A stretch of DNA of 64,000 nucleotides from an uncultured Sphaerobacteraceae bacterium (GTDB taxonomy: Bacteria > Chloroflexota > Chloroflexia > Thermomicrobiales > UBA6265), in assembly GCA_964371945.1 (NCBI GenBank), contig CAYJPA010000023.1:37-64036 (forward strand), written 5' to 3'. The translations under genes were made by a program, and so were the position numbers. How positions within the stretch are numbered: the first letter of the stretch is position 1; every line of letters begins with the position of its first letter. This document shows, piece by piece, positions 50,214 to 59,060 of this stretch. The notes under the pieces are model-generated. The model saw only the letters and a program-made list of their open reading frames with translations, was not told the origin of the DNA and searched no databases.

Positions 50214-50819
50214 GGCGATCTCGGCGCAAGTCGGATCCAGCAGCAAGACATATCAGGCCGTGACTTTTCTAGCGATCGGAACCCAGTTTGCCGCGCTGAC
50301 GACCCGGATGTGTGAGCGCTGATCACTGGTCCGCGCGGCCGGTTGCGATTGCGTTTGGACGCTGAAGGTGAAAGAGACTACCAAGCTCCCGTCGAATCGC
50401 GACACTATAATGAATATCCTCTTTATGTCTTTCAGTGCCCTTCAGTTGATCGCATTGACCACACTGATGAGACAAGCGCTTCTACGAACAAAGATCGATT
50501 CGCCAGCATGAACTTGGTCAGGCCCACTGCTTCGGTCGATGAGAAAACATGGCGTGATTGAGCCTGTTCCCGCGATCAGACGCGCTTGCCGAACAGATCG
50601 CTCCCGATAGCAGTCAGTCCGTGTCCACCGCAAGAATCGAGGCGGCTCCAGACAGATGGGTTTGGCCAATTCGTCGTCCGCTCATCGGGTAAAGGTCGAC
50701 CCTGTTGCGCTCGCCGCTGTGCTCGGTTTGGGCTTTGTTGGCGATAACTAGGGTTTCGGACTTGTGATTATTGTTGTAGTGGTGTAAAACCTTTGGCGTT
50801 GGCGGTAGAGAACGTCAGC

Positions 50820-50842
50820 TAGCCTAGGTTTGGCTAGGCTAT
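50820..50842 (+). promoter_or_regulatory. Palindromic operator candidate upstream of MarR gene
   Basis: TAGCCTAG-N6-CTAGGCTA perfect inverted repeat about 70 bp before the ATG. Confidence 0.45.
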
Positions 50843-50910
50843 GTAGCCAGTATCGAGCGGGTCCGTTAACTTGTGCGGCTCGTCAGCGTAGTGGCAACCC
50901 GGAGGCCCTC

Positions 50911-51390
50911 ATGACACGTGCAGACTCGGCAAGCGCGGTGCATCGACCGGCAGAACTAACCCTCAGGCTCATTCCGCGGCTCACACGGTGGGCGCAAACG
51001 CGGGTTGTGCATGAGGAATTGGGGGCGGAGCTCAGTCTTCGTCAACTGTCGGCCCTTCAGATGATTGAAGATGAGACGACGACGCTCGGAGACGTTGCGC
51101 GCCGCCTCATGGTGACACCGGCAGTAGTAACTGGTTTGATCGACCGGCTGGAGAAGCGCGGCTATGTTCGCCGCCTCAGCAGCTCGGGAGACCGGCGTCG
51201 CGTCAATCTCACATTGACGCCGGAAGGCCGCGTGGCTGCCGAGAAGGCGGAGCAGCGGCTCATTGACGAAGTCGGCGCCAAGATGGCGAACTTCTCAGCC
51301 GATGAGCTCAAGACGCTCGAAAAGGGCCTCGCCCTGCTCGATCGCGTGCTTCAAGATCTCGAAGGCGAGCGGTCGACCAGTCGTCGCTAG
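50911..51390 (+). CDS. MarR family transcriptional regulator
   Basis: LSLRQLSAL, AVVTGLIDRLEKRGYVRR...DRRRVNLTLTPEG. Confidence 0.93.
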   Translation: MTRADSASAVHRPAELTLRLIPRLTRWAQTRVVHEELGAELSLRQLSALQMIEDETTTLGDVARRLMVTPAVVTGLIDRLEKRGYVRRLSSSGDRRRVNLTLTPEGRVAAEKAEQRLIDEVGAKMANFSADELKTLEKGLALLDRVLQDLEGERSTSRR

Positions 51391-51399
51391 AAACTGTGA

Positions 51400-51431
51400 C
51401 CCGGAGCGCGCATCCCTTTCCGCGCTCCGGG
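51400..51431. terminator. GC-rich hairpin between convergent genes
   Basis: CCCGGAGCGCG-N10-CGCGCTCCGGG 11-bp stem right after the MarR stop. Confidence 0.55.
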
Positions 51432-51507
51432 ATTCCCACTGACACTCCCCGGAATGTCGTCGTCCCGGATTCCAGGGAGTGATCAGTTCACAGGCGGGAC
51501 ACCCCTG

Positions 51508-53676
51508 TCAGCGCTGCTGACTCCGGAGATCCGTGTGTTTTTTCCGCGCGACCGACATCGTCGTTCCGACCGCAAGACCCCGCGGCGTAAATCCCATCTC
51601 ACGAAGCAGCTTCAGGACCGCGGATTCCGCCCGCGTCAATTCGGCCACGTCTTCGATTTCCACCAACAGCGCATCGTTTGCTACGGTCACAACGAGTCCG
51701 CTCTTCTCGAACGCATCCCTCAGCTCGACAAGTTGACCGGCGTCGTCCGGGACGAGCCGTACCATTCGCGACAGGCGCACGCGCCGGACTGATTGCGACC
51801 AACCTCGGATCGAATCGAGCAAAACTCCCGGAATCGCGGATCCTGACTGATTGCTCAGAAACGCTTCGACATGGCGAATTTCGAAGCCGGCCCGCAAAGC
51901 GCGGGTAATCGATCGCTCAGTCACTTGATATCGACTCTCCGAACCGAGCTCGACCAAATCCGAGAATGCACTGACCGACCACACGCGTAGAGGCGACGGC
52001 TGCACGAGGTGAATCTCACCGTTGGGCTCGACACGAATCGCTGGACCGGCGCCAGCCGGTTCCTCCGGCGCGGGTTCCGTGTGCGCCAGGGCCGCGCCGG
52101 CGGGAGTGAGGCGCACGAGCAGCGGCTTGCGGGGAATTCTGATCAACTCGACGAGACCGAACCACGCAAACGCGGTGGCAAGCGCAACGGTCGCAACCTC
52201 AGCGATCTCTGCCCGCCGGTTCGCTTCTTCGCCGGTCGCCAGATCGAGGTTTCGAGCGGTCGCTACTTGCGAGGTTGCGCCGAGCATGTTTGGGTCACGT
52301 TCAGCGAGCCACGTTGCGACTTCCTCGAGCTCGTAAGTCGCGCTCCGTTCCAACACGGCGAGATGCGCAAGCAGCTTGAATCGGAAACCCGGCCAATCCG
52401 CTCCCCAAACCTCAACGTCGTCTCGCGACGATCCCTCGATCCAGGCGGAGCTGCTCAGCCAGGTTGAGCGCAAACGACTGGTTTGCTCGGGGAACGAACG
52501 ATCACGCCAGGTTCGGACTACTGGACTGACCTGAAACGGCTCGTCGACCGCCGGGTCTCCGCCGGTGAGGACGCCTTCGACTCTCGCGAGGTCCACCAGG
52601 AACTCGAGATATCCGCTGGGTGGTGTATCAGCGCCACGATTCCAGAGCATTTGGTTGAGCCATTGCAGCCAGCGGGGCGGCGCTTCATCGAAATCGAGGA
52701 TGCGTTGGTCCTGGGGCGGCGAGAGCGCGCGCAGGAGCGTCAGGAGATCCCAGGCAACGGCATAAGGACTGAAGTTGCTCGTTTGAGTCGATACGGATTC
52801 CACTGGTTTCGGCTTTGGTTTTTCCTCCACCGAGTGAGCACGAGGTGAACTGATTTCTTGGGGCACGAAGAGCCAGCGTGATCCGTCCGCCTTGTATGTG
52901 TGCCAGACAAGCAGCATCGCTTCCAGCTCCGCCAGGGCCTGCCGGAATCGTTGAACCTGTCGAGGCTCATCGGAGTTGAGACCTGCCGCCGATGCCGCTT
53001 CCGAGATGGGGACCGGCTTGCCGTCGCCCGCATCACGAAGGCGTTGCCAAATCTGAGCGGCATCACGTTTCAGGTGGGTTTGAATGTTGCTCAGTCGCTG
53101 AGGATCTCCTATGTTCTGGAGGATTTGCAGGATCAACTCACCTCGAGGCCGGAGGCCGGGGATGACGCGAATGCCCCAGTGCTCGGCCGCTTCCTCTATC
53201 TCGCGATCGTCACGCCGCGCGAGCAATGTCTGCAGCGGCTCTTCGCTAAGGTCACCGAGCGAAATCTCCTCCTGAATTCGGCGAAAGAGCAATGCCAGCT
53301 CTCGTGGGAGAAAGAGCCGTGGAGCCTCGCCGACCGGAAGCGGATCGTCGTCGCCCTCTCGCACGATGATTCCCTTGTGATATAGGCGTGTGGCGATCTC
53401 TCGAACATCCAACGCGGAGAGTCCCAACGCTTCGGCGAGCTCTGCCAGCGGGCGAGCCGCGTCGTCCCCTACCGCCAGCAATCGAATCAGCGTTCGCTCT
53501 TCGTCAGGCAGCCGTGACCAGAGATCGCGCGCTGCCCGCGGATCAGCCAGGGAACGGTAAAGCTGGGCGACCTGTCCCAACTTGTCGCCACCTGAAACAG
53601 GCACCCGCCAGGCGATCGCGATTCGGCTCAGTTCTTCGGGAGAGCGAGCATTGAGGCGGCCAAGAAGATTGCGCAT
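51508..53676 (-). CDS. XPB/Ssl2 helicase-associated domain protein (Helicase_C_3, Tfb2/p52-like), no helicase motifs
   Basis: C-terminal VEPNGEI...SAFSDL...YQVTERSITRALRAG...FL..QSGSAIP..L...IRGW; no Walker A or DEAH box. Confidence 0.8.
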   Translation of the reverse strand: MRNLLGRLNARSPEELSRIAIAWRVPVSGGDKLGQVAQLYRSLADPRAARDLWSRLPDEERTLIRLLAVGDDAARPLAELAEALGLSALDVREIATRLYHKGIIVREGDDDPLPVGEAPRLFLPRELALLFRRIQEEISLGDLSEEPLQTLLARRDDREIEEAAEHWGIRVIPGLRPRGELILQILQNIGDPQRLSNIQTHLKRDAAQIWQRLRDAGDGKPVPISEAASAAGLNSDEPRQVQRFRQALAELEAMLLVWHTYKADGSRWLFVPQEISSPRAHSVEEKPKPKPVESVSTQTSNFSPYAVAWDLLTLLRALSPPQDQRILDFDEAPPRWLQWLNQMLWNRGADTPPSGYLEFLVDLARVEGVLTGGDPAVDEPFQVSPVVRTWRDRSFPEQTSRLRSTWLSSSAWIEGSSRDDVEVWGADWPGFRFKLLAHLAVLERSATYELEEVATWLAERDPNMLGATSQVATARNLDLATGEEANRRAEIAEVATVALATAFAWFGLVELIRIPRKPLLVRLTPAGAALAHTEPAPEEPAGAGPAIRVEPNGEIHLVQPSPLRVWSVSAFSDLVELGSESRYQVTERSITRALRAGFEIRHVEAFLSNQSGSAIPGVLLDSIRGWSQSVRRVRLSRMVRLVPDDAGQLVELRDAFEKSGLVVTVANDALLVEIEDVAELTRAESAVLKLLREMGFTPRGLAVGTTMSVARKKHTDLRSQQR

Positions 53677-53778
53677 GGTTGATGATTATAGCGATTCACT
53701 GCCGGCCGCTTGACCGATCACGTCCGGCGTCGTAGAAGAGCACGATCATTCCGAAGCGACAAACGAGGCGACAACCCC

Positions 53779-55002
53779 ATGGACCGTGTGAGCGAATTGC
53801 CGGAATATTCAGGACGGCGACCAGATGTGATCGTAGTCGGCGGTGGTGTGGTCGGCTGTTCGATCGCCTACCGTTTGTCCCAAGCCGGCAAGCGCGTTTT
53901 GCTGATCGAGCGGCGCGGTTTGGCATCGGGAGCTTCGGGACGCAACGGCGGCATGACCGGGGCCGGTTCCGCGATGTACTCGGACGCGGGCAGAGCGGTC
54001 TACGCGGTCACGTCGGCGAATCTCGAGCTGATGCGGAAGTTGCCCGAGGAATTGGGCGCCGATTTTGAACTTACACTGCCAGGAACGCTCGATGTCGCGA
54101 CGACTGAGGAGCAGTTCAAGCATCTTGTCGAAAGCACCGAGGTCCAGCGTGCAAGCGGACCCGAGGTCGAGATGATGGATCGTCACCAGGCGCAGTCAGT
54201 CATGCCGGCGCTTAGCGATGCAATTCTCGGCGCTCAGTTCGCTCGCGGCCGCGGTCACCTTTGGCCCTTTGGCTTGGTGCACGTCTTCGCAGCCGCGGCG
54301 GGCCGGCTTGGTGTCGAGTTCCGGGTCGGTGAAGCGGTTGAGCGGTTGATTCGCTCCGGAGATCGCGTCACCGGCGTGGTCGTCAATGGTGAATCGATCT
54401 TTGCGGACGATGTTGTGCTCGCGACGAACGCCTACACACCGTCGCTTCTGCCGGAGCTGCCAAAGGGCGCGATCGTGCCCGCTCGCGGTCAGATTCTGGT
54501 CACGCAGCCGGTGCCACCGATTCTGCCGCACCCATTCGGAAACAATTTCGACAAAGAGTATGGCCGCCAGGTACCCGGCGGTCCGATTCTCTGCGGGGGT
54601 TACCGGCGGCTCGATACTGATGAGGGACTGGGGCATTACGAGGAGCGGGTTTCGCGGCCGGTGCTTGCCGGCATTGCTCGATGCCTGACGACGCTCTTTC
54701 CGTCGTTGGCGGATATCAAGGTGGTGCGCTGTTGGGCAGGCATCATGGGGTTCACCGCCGATGGATTGCCATTAATTGGGCGCTCGGAGTCGTCGCCCGG
54801 GTTGACGCTCGCCGCCGGATTCAATGGCGGCGGGTTTTCGTGGGCCGCGGTTACGGGCAAGATCGTCGCGGACCTACTGTCGGGACGCGACCCCGGTTTT
54901 AACTTGTCGCCGTTCGCACCGAATCGGTTCGTCGCGGCCGGCACCAATTGGAACAACCCGTTTACGGCGGGTGAGCGGAGAGCCTTTGTTGTCCCAAACT
55001 GA
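53779..55002 (+). CDS. FAD-dependent oxidoreductase (DAO / sarcosine oxidase beta-like)
   Basis: VIVVGGGVVG, GASGRNGG, PARGQ, WAGIMGFTADGLPLIG, GFNGGGFS. Confidence 0.93.
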   Translation: MDRVSELPEYSGRRPDVIVVGGGVVGCSIAYRLSQAGKRVLLIERRGLASGASGRNGGMTGAGSAMYSDAGRAVYAVTSANLELMRKLPEELGADFELTLPGTLDVATTEEQFKHLVESTEVQRASGPEVEMMDRHQAQSVMPALSDAILGAQFARGRGHLWPFGLVHVFAAAAGRLGVEFRVGEAVERLIRSGDRVTGVVVNGESIFADDVVLATNAYTPSLLPELPKGAIVPARGQILVTQPVPPILPHPFGNNFDKEYGRQVPGGPILCGGYRRLDTDEGLGHYEERVSRPVLAGIARCLTTLFPSLADIKVVRCWAGIMGFTADGLPLIGRSESSPGLTLAAGFNGGGFSWAAVTGKIVADLLSGRDPGFNLSPFAPNRFVAAGTNWNNPFTAGERRAFVVPN

Positions 55003-55062
55003 CCACGTCAACGTGCCACTCATAAGGGATCAAGACTGACACTGTGGTTTGACGAGGGTGAT

Positions 55063-55079
55063 ATCATTTTGGAAATGAT
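55063..55079 (+). promoter_or_regulatory. Candidate TA operator
   Basis: ATCATTT-TGG-AAATGAT inverted repeat 20 bp before the DUF433 ATG. Confidence 0.3.
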
Positions 55080-55099
55080 CGGAATGGATTGTCTAGTCG

Positions 55100-55333
55100 A
55101 TGAAATGCAATGACCCGGAGAACAGAATTACTCGGGATCCGGCCGTACTGGTCGGCAAACCTGTCGTGCGTGGGACGAGGATTCCGGTTTCTCTGATCTT
55201 GAACTACTTGGAGAATGGTTACACTGTCGAGGCGATTCTGTCAGATTTCCCAAATCTTTCTCGAGAGGATATCGATAGCGCTGTTCAATACGCGGAATCG
55301 CGGTCTCGCGAGCAGATTGAACTAGCTTCTTAG
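55100..55333 (+). CDS. DUF433 family antitoxin
   Basis: ITRDPAVLVGKPVVRGTRIPV..IL..L..G....IL.DFP.L..EDI..A..YA. Confidence 0.93.
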   Translation: MKCNDPENRITRDPAVLVGKPVVRGTRIPVSLILNYLENGYTVEAILSDFPNLSREDIDSAVQYAESRSREQIELAS

Positions 55334-55336
55334 TTC

Positions 55337-55705
55337 GTGCTCCGTTTTTTGCTCGACGCCAATTTGTCTCCGAGCATTGTCACAAGACTTCGGCAACAAC
55401 TTGAAATCGATGTCATCTCATTGATCGATGAGGGGCTCGGCTTTCTATCTGACAACGAAGTTGTTTCATACGCGAGAGCAGAGCACCGGATCATCATCAC
55501 CCTCGACGAGGACTTCGGCGAGATCTATTACCGACGTGAGCGCAACGCGATCGGAGTGATATTTCTTCGACTGAAGGATCAGTCGGCCTTGCCGGTCAGC
55601 AAGAGGTTGACAACATTTTTGCGCGACGAAGCCGCAGGAATCGATCTGGAGCGTTCGTTGGTCGTATTGTCGGAAAACAAATGCCGTGTCGTTTCAAGAT
55701 TCTGA
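55337..55705 (+). CDS. DUF5615 PIN-like toxin (VapC45-like)
   Basis: FLLDANL, LSDNEV..YAR.E.RIIITLDEDF; 3 bp after DUF433. Confidence 0.92.
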   Translation: MLRFLLDANLSPSIVTRLRQQLEIDVISLIDEGLGFLSDNEVVSYARAEHRIIITLDEDFGEIYYRRERNAIGVIFLRLKDQSALPVSKRLTTFLRDEAAGIDLERSLVVLSENKCRVVSRF

Positions 55706-55775
55706 ACCGACGTATTGATTCTCACTAGCAGTGTCGGGTAATTAGGCCGATTCTGAGTCTCTTTCCGGAATTACG

Positions 55776-56762
55776 CTAATCCTTCCCAAGGATCGAGGCA
55801 ATCTTCAACTTTGCCGAAATGGGCTGATTGATGCCCCATTTGGGCGGGAAAAAGGGCGTTAGCGGTTCGGGGTTGGGGTTGAATTTGGATTTGATGCGGA
55901 GGCGGTTGTTTGTTAGGTCGGGGAAGGCGACGCGGGCGTACTTGTCCACTTCGCAAAAGAGGTTTTGACGGTCGATGGCGTGCAAGCGGCGGCCCCAGAG
56001 GGTTTGGAACTCAAGACCGAGCCGCTCGAGCTCGGTTTCCTGATGCTCGACCATCCAGTGGATGACATCCTGCATCGACATTGAGCCGGTGCTGACGAAG
56101 CACTTTTCGATACCGCGGCGGGCGCCGGGACCGGGCATCGTGAAATCGTTCTCGCCGAAGTCGGTGAGCTCGCTGTAGTTGATGTCGATCGCGAGCTGAT
56201 AGGCCATGAACGGGCCGATCATCGGGTAATCAATCAGCGCCAGGTAGACCTCCTCGAACGTGCGTGCCGTTGCAATCTCCCGCGCGAGCCCGTTACGCAT
56301 CATCGACTCGACAAGAGCCAGGTGGTTCGTGTGCTTTCGGCGATGGCCGAAGGCATCGCTTGAGGCGAGGATGAATGCACCGGTGTAAATAGCGTCCCCT
56401 CGGGACAATGCCTCCTCGAGTGCTCGATCGTAAGCATCGAAGTCGAACGACCGGACCGTGATCGGACCATGCGCTGACTCGAGCAGCTGCCAGGTCGCCG
56501 GTTTGCTGAAGAACCGGAAGAGCATGATCCAGAGCAGCGTGTCGTCTGCTGAGTAAGCGTCCTGATAAACGACGTGACGGATCAGGAACTGCGAAACGCG
56601 ATCGCTCGCCCGATAGGCATTGCAGAACCTGTAGGTCCGAAGAATGGGTTCATCGGTCCAGGGTGATGGCTCGCCATGCTGGCGGCGGCAGAAGATCGCC
56701 TGACGTTCAGCGGCGAGTTGCCAATAGGTGTCGAGCAGATCATGCCGGGGCTTCAATTCCAT
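55776..56762 (-). CDS. aGPT-PPlase clade 1 / 5-hmdU DNA kinase helical-domain family protein (putative DNA base hypermodification)
   Basis: PWTDEPILRTYRFCNAYRASDRVSQ, LFRFF, HhH-like IGPFMAYQLAIDINYS, GPGARRG, QNLFCEVDKY, FFPPKW; no P-loop. Confidence 0.85.
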   Translation of the reverse strand: MELKPRHDLLDTYWQLAAERQAIFCRRQHGEPSPWTDEPILRTYRFCNAYRASDRVSQFLIRHVVYQDAYSADDTLLWIMLFRFFSKPATWQLLESAHGPITVRSFDFDAYDRALEEALSRGDAIYTGAFILASSDAFGHRRKHTNHLALVESMMRNGLAREIATARTFEEVYLALIDYPMIGPFMAYQLAIDINYSELTDFGENDFTMPGPGARRGIEKCFVSTGSMSMQDVIHWMVEHQETELERLGLEFQTLWGRRLHAIDRQNLFCEVDKYARVAFPDLTNNRLRIKSKFNPNPEPLTPFFPPKWGINQPISAKLKIASILGKD

Positions 56763-56784
56763 CCCGAATCAATCGCACTGAAGG

Positions 56785-56826
56785 CAAAAACGAACGTCCG
56801 CCCCGGACCAGCCGTAGGCGGACGTT
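56785..56826 (-). terminator. Intrinsic terminator of the alpha/beta hydrolase gene
   Basis: Minus strand AACGTCCGCC-N14-GGCGGACGTT followed by CGTTTTT. Confidence 0.65.
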
Positions 56827-56847
56827 GTGGCTCGGGCGCTCGATCGT

Positions 56848-57732
56848 TTATGCGCTCAGGTAATCGAGCACGATTTGGTTGAACTCGGCGGGCTGTTCGA
56901 ACATGGCAAAGTGGCCGGTTCCCGGCATGAGGTTCAGTTCCGCGCCGGGGATAAGCAGCGCCATGAGCTTTGTTTGATTGAGGTCGATGGCTTCTTCCGT
57001 TTCTCCGTCAAGGATGAGGAAGGGCGTCGTGATCGCCTTGAGCTGTTCCTCGGTGTAGTTTGGCAGCGTGGCCCACATCACCGAAATGTTGTTCAGGAAC
57101 TCGTCCCATCGTTCCGGAGCCGGCGAAAGCGCCAGGTAGTCCTCGTATGCGGCATTGATGTAGGCGTTGAAGTATTCGTTCGTGCCGACATCGAGCCGCA
57201 CGCCGGTTGGGTCGAAATTGGCGCCGTAAGCAACGACCTTGTTCAATCGCTCGGGGTTGTTGATCGCGATCTCGAGGCCGATGATCCCGCCGTCGCTCCA
57301 GCCAACAATGCTCGCCTTCTCGATTGCGAGATGATCGAGCAACCCGAGCACATCGGACGCCATCAATGCGTAGGTGATCGGCTTGTCGTCGAACGATGAA
57401 CGGCCGTGACCGCGGCTATCCATTACGATCAACTGGTAGTGCTCGGCCAGCACTGGAATCTGATTGGCGAAGTACTTGCCGTTGCCCAGGCCGCCGTGCA
57501 ACAGGAGCAGCGGCTCTCCGGCGCCATAAATTTCGTAATAAATGCTGGCCCCGTTGATCTCGACCGTTTGGCCCTCGGCTTCCTCCCAGGTTGCAGGCAG
57601 GAGCGATTGCGGAGCGACCATTGCCACCGGGGTGGCGGAGTCTTGAGCGGCCGCGCCCGACGGCCCAAACATTGATGACGCGACAAGCGAAGACAACACC
57701 GCGGCGGCGAGGAGTGCATTGCGCAACTTCAT
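56848..57732 (-). CDS. Secreted alpha/beta hydrolase
   Basis: Signal peptide MKLRNALL, LLHGGLG, DSRGHGRS, nucleophile GWSDGG, GTGHF. Confidence 0.92.
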   Translation of the reverse strand: MKLRNALLAAAVLSSLVASSMFGPSGAAAQDSATPVAMVAPQSLLPATWEEAEGQTVEINGASIYYEIYGAGEPLLLLHGGLGNGKYFANQIPVLAEHYQLIVMDSRGHGRSSFDDKPITYALMASDVLGLLDHLAIEKASIVGWSDGGIIGLEIAINNPERLNKVVAYGANFDPTGVRLDVGTNEYFNAYINAAYEDYLALSPAPERWDEFLNNISVMWATLPNYTEEQLKAITTPFLILDGETEEAIDLNQTKLMALLIPGAELNLMPGTGHFAMFEQPAEFNQIVLDYLSA

Positions 57733-57871
57733 ACTGAGTCCTCCAACGAATGCGCTTGATACGATATCCCCGATTTCATCCATCTTGATGACGAATTGGA
57801 GAACCGTCAAGTCTTCGGACAAATAGCTGTTGAATGGTCCGGCCAAGAGACGAAATAGCAGTGCCATTGGC

Positions 57872-57914
57872 TTGACAGTAGCCGTCAATACTTCGTAGAT
57901 TAGCTGAGGCTAAT
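57872..57914 (+). promoter_or_regulatory. Sigma70-like promoter with overlapping DtxR-like palindrome
   Basis: TTGACA (57872-77), N18, TAGATT (57896-901); ATTAGC-TGAG-GCTAAT (57899-914) overlaps the -10. Confidence 0.6.
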
Positions 57915-57984
57915 ACACGTGGTCGCCGGTTCTGGCGGTCACGGCGCATCAATGTTGCACAAAAACACCGGAGGTATTTCGAAA

Positions 57985-59058
57985 ATGAGGCAATTTGTGC
58001 AATCGTTGGTGACCCGGCGCGGTTTGTTGAAAGCGGGAATCGGCAGCGCAGGTGCGGTCGGGGCAGGCGGGCTTGCGATCGCGGCTGGCGACCTTCAGCT
58101 CGTCGTGCGGGCGCAGGAGGCAACACCGACACCGAGCCACGACATGAATGGCATGGGCTCTGATCCCATGGTAATGCCGGGCGTGGTCGGCGAAGTCGAT
58201 CACGTGTTCAATGGATTCGATCCGAGCGAGATTCTTACCGACTTCGACGCGGGCGAGATCACCGCGTTACCGAGCGGGCAAGTTCAGCACGAGTATTGGA
58301 TTACCGCGGTCAACAAGGAGATCGAGCTCGTTCCGGGGATCAGATATGCCGCCTGGACGTACAACGGCCGGGTACCAGGGCCCACGATCCGGGTAACCGA
58401 GGGCAATCACGTCAAGATCAACTTTACCAATGGCGGCGATCACCACCACAGCATGCACTTTCATGGCATTCACCCGGCATCGATGGACGGGGTGTTCGAT
58501 CCAGCGTCCGGGCAGATTCCTCCCGGCGCGTCCTTTGTGTACGAGTTCGACGCCGAGCCAGTGGGATTGCACCTTTACCATTGCCACACCGCTCCCCTGG
58601 CGACACACATCGCACACGGGCTATACGGCACCTTCATCGTCGATCCGAAAGACGGCTGGCGGGCGGTCGACCGCGAATACATGATGATCATGGCCGGATT
58701 CGATATCGATTTCGACGGCGAAAACGATCTGTACACGGTCAACACGATACCGTTCCACTATGACCACACGAAGCACCCGATCGTTTTCAACGTTGGAGAA
58801 ACGGTTCGCGTCTTTCTAGTCAATGTTCTCGAGTACGACCTCATCAATTCGTTCCACTTGCACGCGAATTTCTTCAACTATTTCCCAACCGGCACGAGCC
58901 GGACTCCAAGCGAGTTCACGGACACGATTGCGTTGATGCAGGGTCAGCGAGGCATTCTCGAATTCACCTACAAGTATCCTGGGCTCTATATGTTCCACGC
59001 TCACAAGACCGAGTTCGCTGAATTGGGCTGGACGGGCGTCTTCGAGGTGAAGGAGTAG
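57985..59058 (+). CDS. Tat-exported two-domain multicopper oxidase (type C, T1 Cu in domain 1)
   Basis: TRRGLL Tat signal; HSMHFHG and HCH...H..GL in domain 1; FHLHAN and FHAH (no Cys) in domain 2. Confidence 0.9.
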   Translation: MRQFVQSLVTRRGLLKAGIGSAGAVGAGGLAIAAGDLQLVVRAQEATPTPSHDMNGMGSDPMVMPGVVGEVDHVFNGFDPSEILTDFDAGEITALPSGQVQHEYWITAVNKEIELVPGIRYAAWTYNGRVPGPTIRVTEGNHVKINFTNGGDHHHSMHFHGIHPASMDGVFDPASGQIPPGASFVYEFDAEPVGLHLYHCHTAPLATHIAHGLYGTFIVDPKDGWRAVDREYMMIMAGFDIDFDGENDLYTVNTIPFHYDHTKHPIVFNVGETVRVFLVNVLEYDLINSFHLHANFFNYFPTGTSRTPSEFTDTIALMQGQRGILEFTYKYPGLYMFHAHKTEFAELGWTGVFEVKE

Positions 59059-59060
59059 CC

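Noticed and set aside
50214-50810. 600-bp gap with short ORFs (50343..50561, 50442..50669)
   Set aside because: No recognisable protein or RNA motif; may be degraded sequence but I cannot support a call.
55860-55920. G/T-rich low-complexity tract (GGGGTTGGGGTT)
   Set aside because: Explained by the minus-strand codons for NNRLRIKSKFNPNPEP; not a telomere-like or G4 array.
55020-56826. Prophage or integrative element
   Set aside because: No integrase, att-like direct repeats, tRNA target or virion genes seen.
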